A stretch of DNA of 64,000 nucleotides from assembly GCA_964443495.1 (NCBI GenBank), contig CAYUCS010000001.1, positions 469,496 through 533,495 of the forward strand, given 5' to 3'. The notes under the pieces are model-generated. The model saw only the letters and a list, made by a program, of their open reading frames with translations, was not told the origin of the DNA and ran no database searches. The position numbers and the translations under genes were made by a program. Position 1 is the stretch's first letter. Each line of letters starts with the position of its first letter. Positions 61,818-64,000 of the stretch are shown here, in pieces. This stretch comes from an uncultured Gammaproteobacteria bacterium. Its GTDB lineage: Bacteria; Patescibacteriota; Patescibacteriia; Patescibacteriales; GWE2-39-37.

Positions 61818-62222
61818 ATGATAATCACCATTTGCGGCAGCTCGACTTTCGCCGAAGAGATGGGCAAGGCGGCTGAGCTGTTGGAAGGCAAGGGGCACGT
61901 CGTTTACGTGCCGGAACCGCTCGTGACCGAGGCTTGGTACCAGGAAAATTACGGCCGAGAACATTTTCTGGAAATGAAACCGGTCTTCATCAAAAGGCAT
62001 TTCGATAAGATAGAAAATTCGGACGGCATCCTGATCATGAATATGGAGAAGAAGGGCATCAAGGGTTACCTGGGCTCGAACACCTTGATGGAGCTGGCTG
62101 TGGCCTACTTTTTAGGCAAAAAAATATTCCTTTTGCATCCTGTCCACGACGACCATCCGCACTTCGAGGAGATTGCGGCACTGGGCTCGACCGTGTTGCA
62201 CGGTAATCTGGATAACATCTGA
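61818..62222 (+). CDS. Nucleoside 2-deoxyribosyltransferase-like protein (paralog 2)
   Basis: ITICGSS... and ILIMNMEKKGIKGYLGSNTLMELAVAYFLGKKIFL align with the gene at 60799. Confidence 0.55.
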   Translation: MIITICGSSTFAEEMGKAAELLEGKGHVVYVPEPLVTEAWYQENYGREHFLEMKPVFIKRHFDKIENSDGILIMNMEKKGIKGYLGSNTLMELAVAYFLGKKIFLLHPVHDDHPHFEEIAALGSTVLHGNLDNI

Positions 62223-62231
62223 AGACATGAT

Positions 62232-62834
62232 ATGCGGCAAAAATTCTCAAAACCAATCAGGGCCGACCAGGACGCTTACTATATGAGCTGCCCGGAGGCG
62301 GTCGGGCGGCATCTTGCCGGCCGGCTGTCGCGTTTCGATTCCGCGGTCGAGCTTTGTTGCGCTGTCGGCATGGCGGTTATCCCTTTGGCTGAAAAGATGA
62401 GTAAAGTGGTCGGCGTCGATATCAGCGAATCAAGGATCGCCGACGCCAAGCACAACGCCCGATTGTATGGCGTCGAAGATAAGATCCGGTTTATCGTTGG
62501 CGACGTGCTCGATCGCGAACTTTTGAAAGGCGTTTCGGCCGAAGTGGCCGTCCTTGATCCTGATTGGAGCGCTGCCGGGTCGGAGAAGTCCGTGCACGTG
62601 AACAATATCGATGAGACTCAGCCGAGTATGCGGGAAATGTTTACCTTGACTAAGGAGTGTATCACGCCCAACATCGTGATCAGGGTGCCTAAGCACTTTA
62701 CCTTCGCCACCTTAGCTGATTTCGGCAACTGCCGGCTTGAGAGCATCGTCTGGGGCGGCAAGACGAGATTCAAGCTGGCCTACTTTTCCGATGATATCAC
62801 GGTAAACGAGGAAACGGATTACTTTTTTGATTAA
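62232..62834 (+). CDS. Class I SAM-dependent methyltransferase (cap-guanine-N2/Tgs1-like layout)
   Basis: VELCCAVGMAVIPLA is motif I, VVGVDISESRIADAKHNA is motif II and FIVGDVLD...VLDPDW follows. Confidence 0.6.
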   Translation: MRQKFSKPIRADQDAYYMSCPEAVGRHLAGRLSRFDSAVELCCAVGMAVIPLAEKMSKVVGVDISESRIADAKHNARLYGVEDKIRFIVGDVLDRELLKGVSAEVAVLDPDWSAAGSEKSVHVNNIDETQPSMREMFTLTKECITPNIVIRVPKHFTFATLADFGNCRLESIVWGGKTRFKLAYFSDDITVNEETDYFFD

Positions 62835-62873
62835 GAATTATAGACAAAGCGCTTAAGAAATAAAATAACCCAT

Positions 62874-63110
62874 ATGACAATTGACAAGCCGAACTGCAAG
62901 ACGGGCCTCAAGAAGGATATCATTAAACAAGAAGTTTTTGAACGCGAAGTCGCTTTGTGCCGAAATTTGGCAAACGAAAACGGCGGCAAGTGCGGTTGGG
63001 GCGTGTGCAAGGATTGCGGCGTCTTGCCCCTGCTTTTCAAATTGCATAAGGGCGTACTGGTGGAAGACGCTAACGAAGTGGCGGAGCTTAAACGAGAAAT
63101 TTTAAAATAA
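62874..63110 (+). CDS. Small Cys-containing protein (78 aa)
   Basis: This is a clean ORF in the operon. It contains CGWGVCKDCG. The family is unknown. Confidence 0.45.
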   Translation: MTIDKPNCKTGLKKDIIKQEVFEREVALCRNLANENGGKCGWGVCKDCGVLPLLFKLHKGVLVEDANEVAELKREILK

Positions 63111-63114
63111 GGTT

Positions 63115-63771
63115 ATGAAATTATTGCTCACGTCAGCTGGACTGACAAACAAGACTATTGCCGGTGCTTTGGCAGATTTGGCCGGCCGGCCGCTTACCGA
63201 ACTTAATCTGGCCTTCGTGCCGACTGCTGCCAATGTCGAACCGGGTGATAAGTGGTGGCTCATCAATGACCTGGTGAATTGCAAGAATCTCGGTTTCAAG
63301 TCGATTGACATCGTCGATATTTCGGCGTTGCCGCAGGACATCTGGCGGCCGCGGCTAGAGGCGGCGGATGTCTTTTTGTTCGGTGGCGGCAATACCTTCC
63401 ATCTGATGTATTGGCTCCAAAAATCCGGCTTGTCTTCTTTGCTGCCGGAATTGCTCGAGACCAGGGTCTATGTCGGAATCAGCGCCGGCAGCATGGTGGC
63501 TTGCAGAAGCCTTGACTTGAGCATGTCGGCAAAGCTTTATGACGATGTGCCCGGAGAATATGACAAGGACGAGGGGCTTGGTTATGTTGATATCTTAGTA
63601 AGGCCGCATCTGAACTCGCCATATTTCCCGAATCTGAATCTGGAAAATCTAGAGAATCTGGCGGCGGAATTTCCAGAAACTTTTTATGCTCTCGATGATA
63701 ATTCGGCCATAAAGATATATGGCGAGCACGCCGAGGTTATTTCCGAAGGCGTTTGGAAAAAATTCAATTGA
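63115..63771 (+). CDS. Peptidase S51 (dipeptidase E-like) family protein
   Basis: The sequence includes MKLLLTSAG, FVPTAAN, LFGGGNTFHLMYWL and GISAGSMVA (nucleophile Ser context). Confidence 0.7.
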   Translation: MKLLLTSAGLTNKTIAGALADLAGRPLTELNLAFVPTAANVEPGDKWWLINDLVNCKNLGFKSIDIVDISALPQDIWRPRLEAADVFLFGGGNTFHLMYWLQKSGLSSLLPELLETRVYVGISAGSMVACRSLDLSMSAKLYDDVPGEYDKDEGLGYVDILVRPHLNSPYFPNLNLENLENLAAEFPETFYALDDNSAIKIYGEHAEVISEGVWKKFN

Positions 63772-63782
63772 TTTTAGCAATT

Positions 63783-63813
63783 AAAAAACCGGCCAATCTT
63801 GGCCGGTTTTTTT
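63783..63813. terminator. Bidirectional terminator ending the long operon
   Basis: An A-run is followed by ACCGGCC (63788-63794) pairing with GGCCGGT (63801-63807), then seven T. Confidence 0.85.
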
Positions 63814-63819
63814 GTATGT

Positions 63820-64000
63820 TTATTTCCAGACGACGATCATATTCTTTTCAATCTTCGCTATCGGTTCGTGGTAGCCGGTCGGGTAATCCCTGATGGCCTC
63901 GAATAGGACCTTGGCGCTATATTCATAGCCCTCGCCTTTGCGGGTGCCAGGATCGTTGGTGATAAAGACTTTGCGCTCAGGGTCATAGCCGCGGATGACA
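63820..64000 (-). CDS. 3' end of a minus-strand gene running off the window (C-terminus ...VIRGYDPERKVFITNDPGTRKGEGYEYSAKVLFEAIRDYPTGYHEPIAKIEKNMIVVWK)
   Basis: I translated the minus strand by hand. It is open to the window edge and ends at TAA (63822-63820). The GYD...ITNDPG pattern resembles C39-like/papain-fold peptidase C-termini, which is tentative. Confidence 0.45.
   Translation of the reverse strand, partial: VIRGYDPERKVFITNDPGTRKGEGYEYSAKVLFEAIRDYPTGYHEPIAKIEKNMIVVWK

Noticed and set aside
1-64000. Possibility of an alternative genetic code (UGA recoding, as in some candidate phyla).
   Set aside because: TGA terminates several well-delimited genes exactly where homologs end or where terminators follow, for example lemA at 31967-31969, the Nudix gene at 57400-57402 and the S51 peptidase gene at 63769-63771. 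No recognised gene is interrupted by in-frame stops.

Overview
This is a 64-kb chromosomal window from a bacterium that uses the standard genetic code: TAA, TAG and TGA all close long ORFs. Promoters of the TTGACA-N16/17-TATAAT type and hairpin-plus-T-run terminators can be read by eye. I call about 65 CDS and one tRNA (Glu-CUC). I found no rRNA, CRISPR array, transposase or integrase.

The gene content suggests a small-genome Patescibacteria/CPR-like organism, but that is inference only. The supporting signs are a half-length TsaB, a minimal mraZ-rsmH-ftsL-ftsI-murF block, an isolated rplJL operon and many membrane-anchored or secreted orphan proteins.

Gene order:
- manC (cut by the window edge), mltG and a large anchored orphan.
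- rplJL with a leader attenuator, then orphan genes.
- A surface-glycan locus at 9.7-23.3 kb: Wzz-like, Wzy/O-antigen-ligase-like, GT2, radical SAM, two GT4 and an IPT/TIG surface protein. It is interrupted at 10.6-14.8 kb by a four-gene envelope module of unknown function.
- tsaB-like, then the dcw block preceded by MraZ boxes.
- A TPM-LemA pair and an SLT-like gene.
- tRNA-Glu with a duplicated 3' end.
- fmt-def, then a low-GC orphan patch that contains a mini-gene bounded by inverted repeats.
- A DUF2157/GDYXXLXY/DUF2339-type membrane cluster.
- clpB with a CIRCE operator.
- An orphan FabZ-like hotdog cluster.
- A long co-directional operon: WecG-Nudix fusion, gltX, an AT-rich gene, then about 12 small enzymes, many acting on nucleotides.

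The candidates most worth follow-up are the envelope module, the hotdog cluster, the inverted-repeat mini-gene, the nucleotide-enzyme operon with its repeat-flanked insertion, a 98-nt palindrome and a leader with alternative pairings.

All functional calls come from motif recognition by eye. No database search was run.
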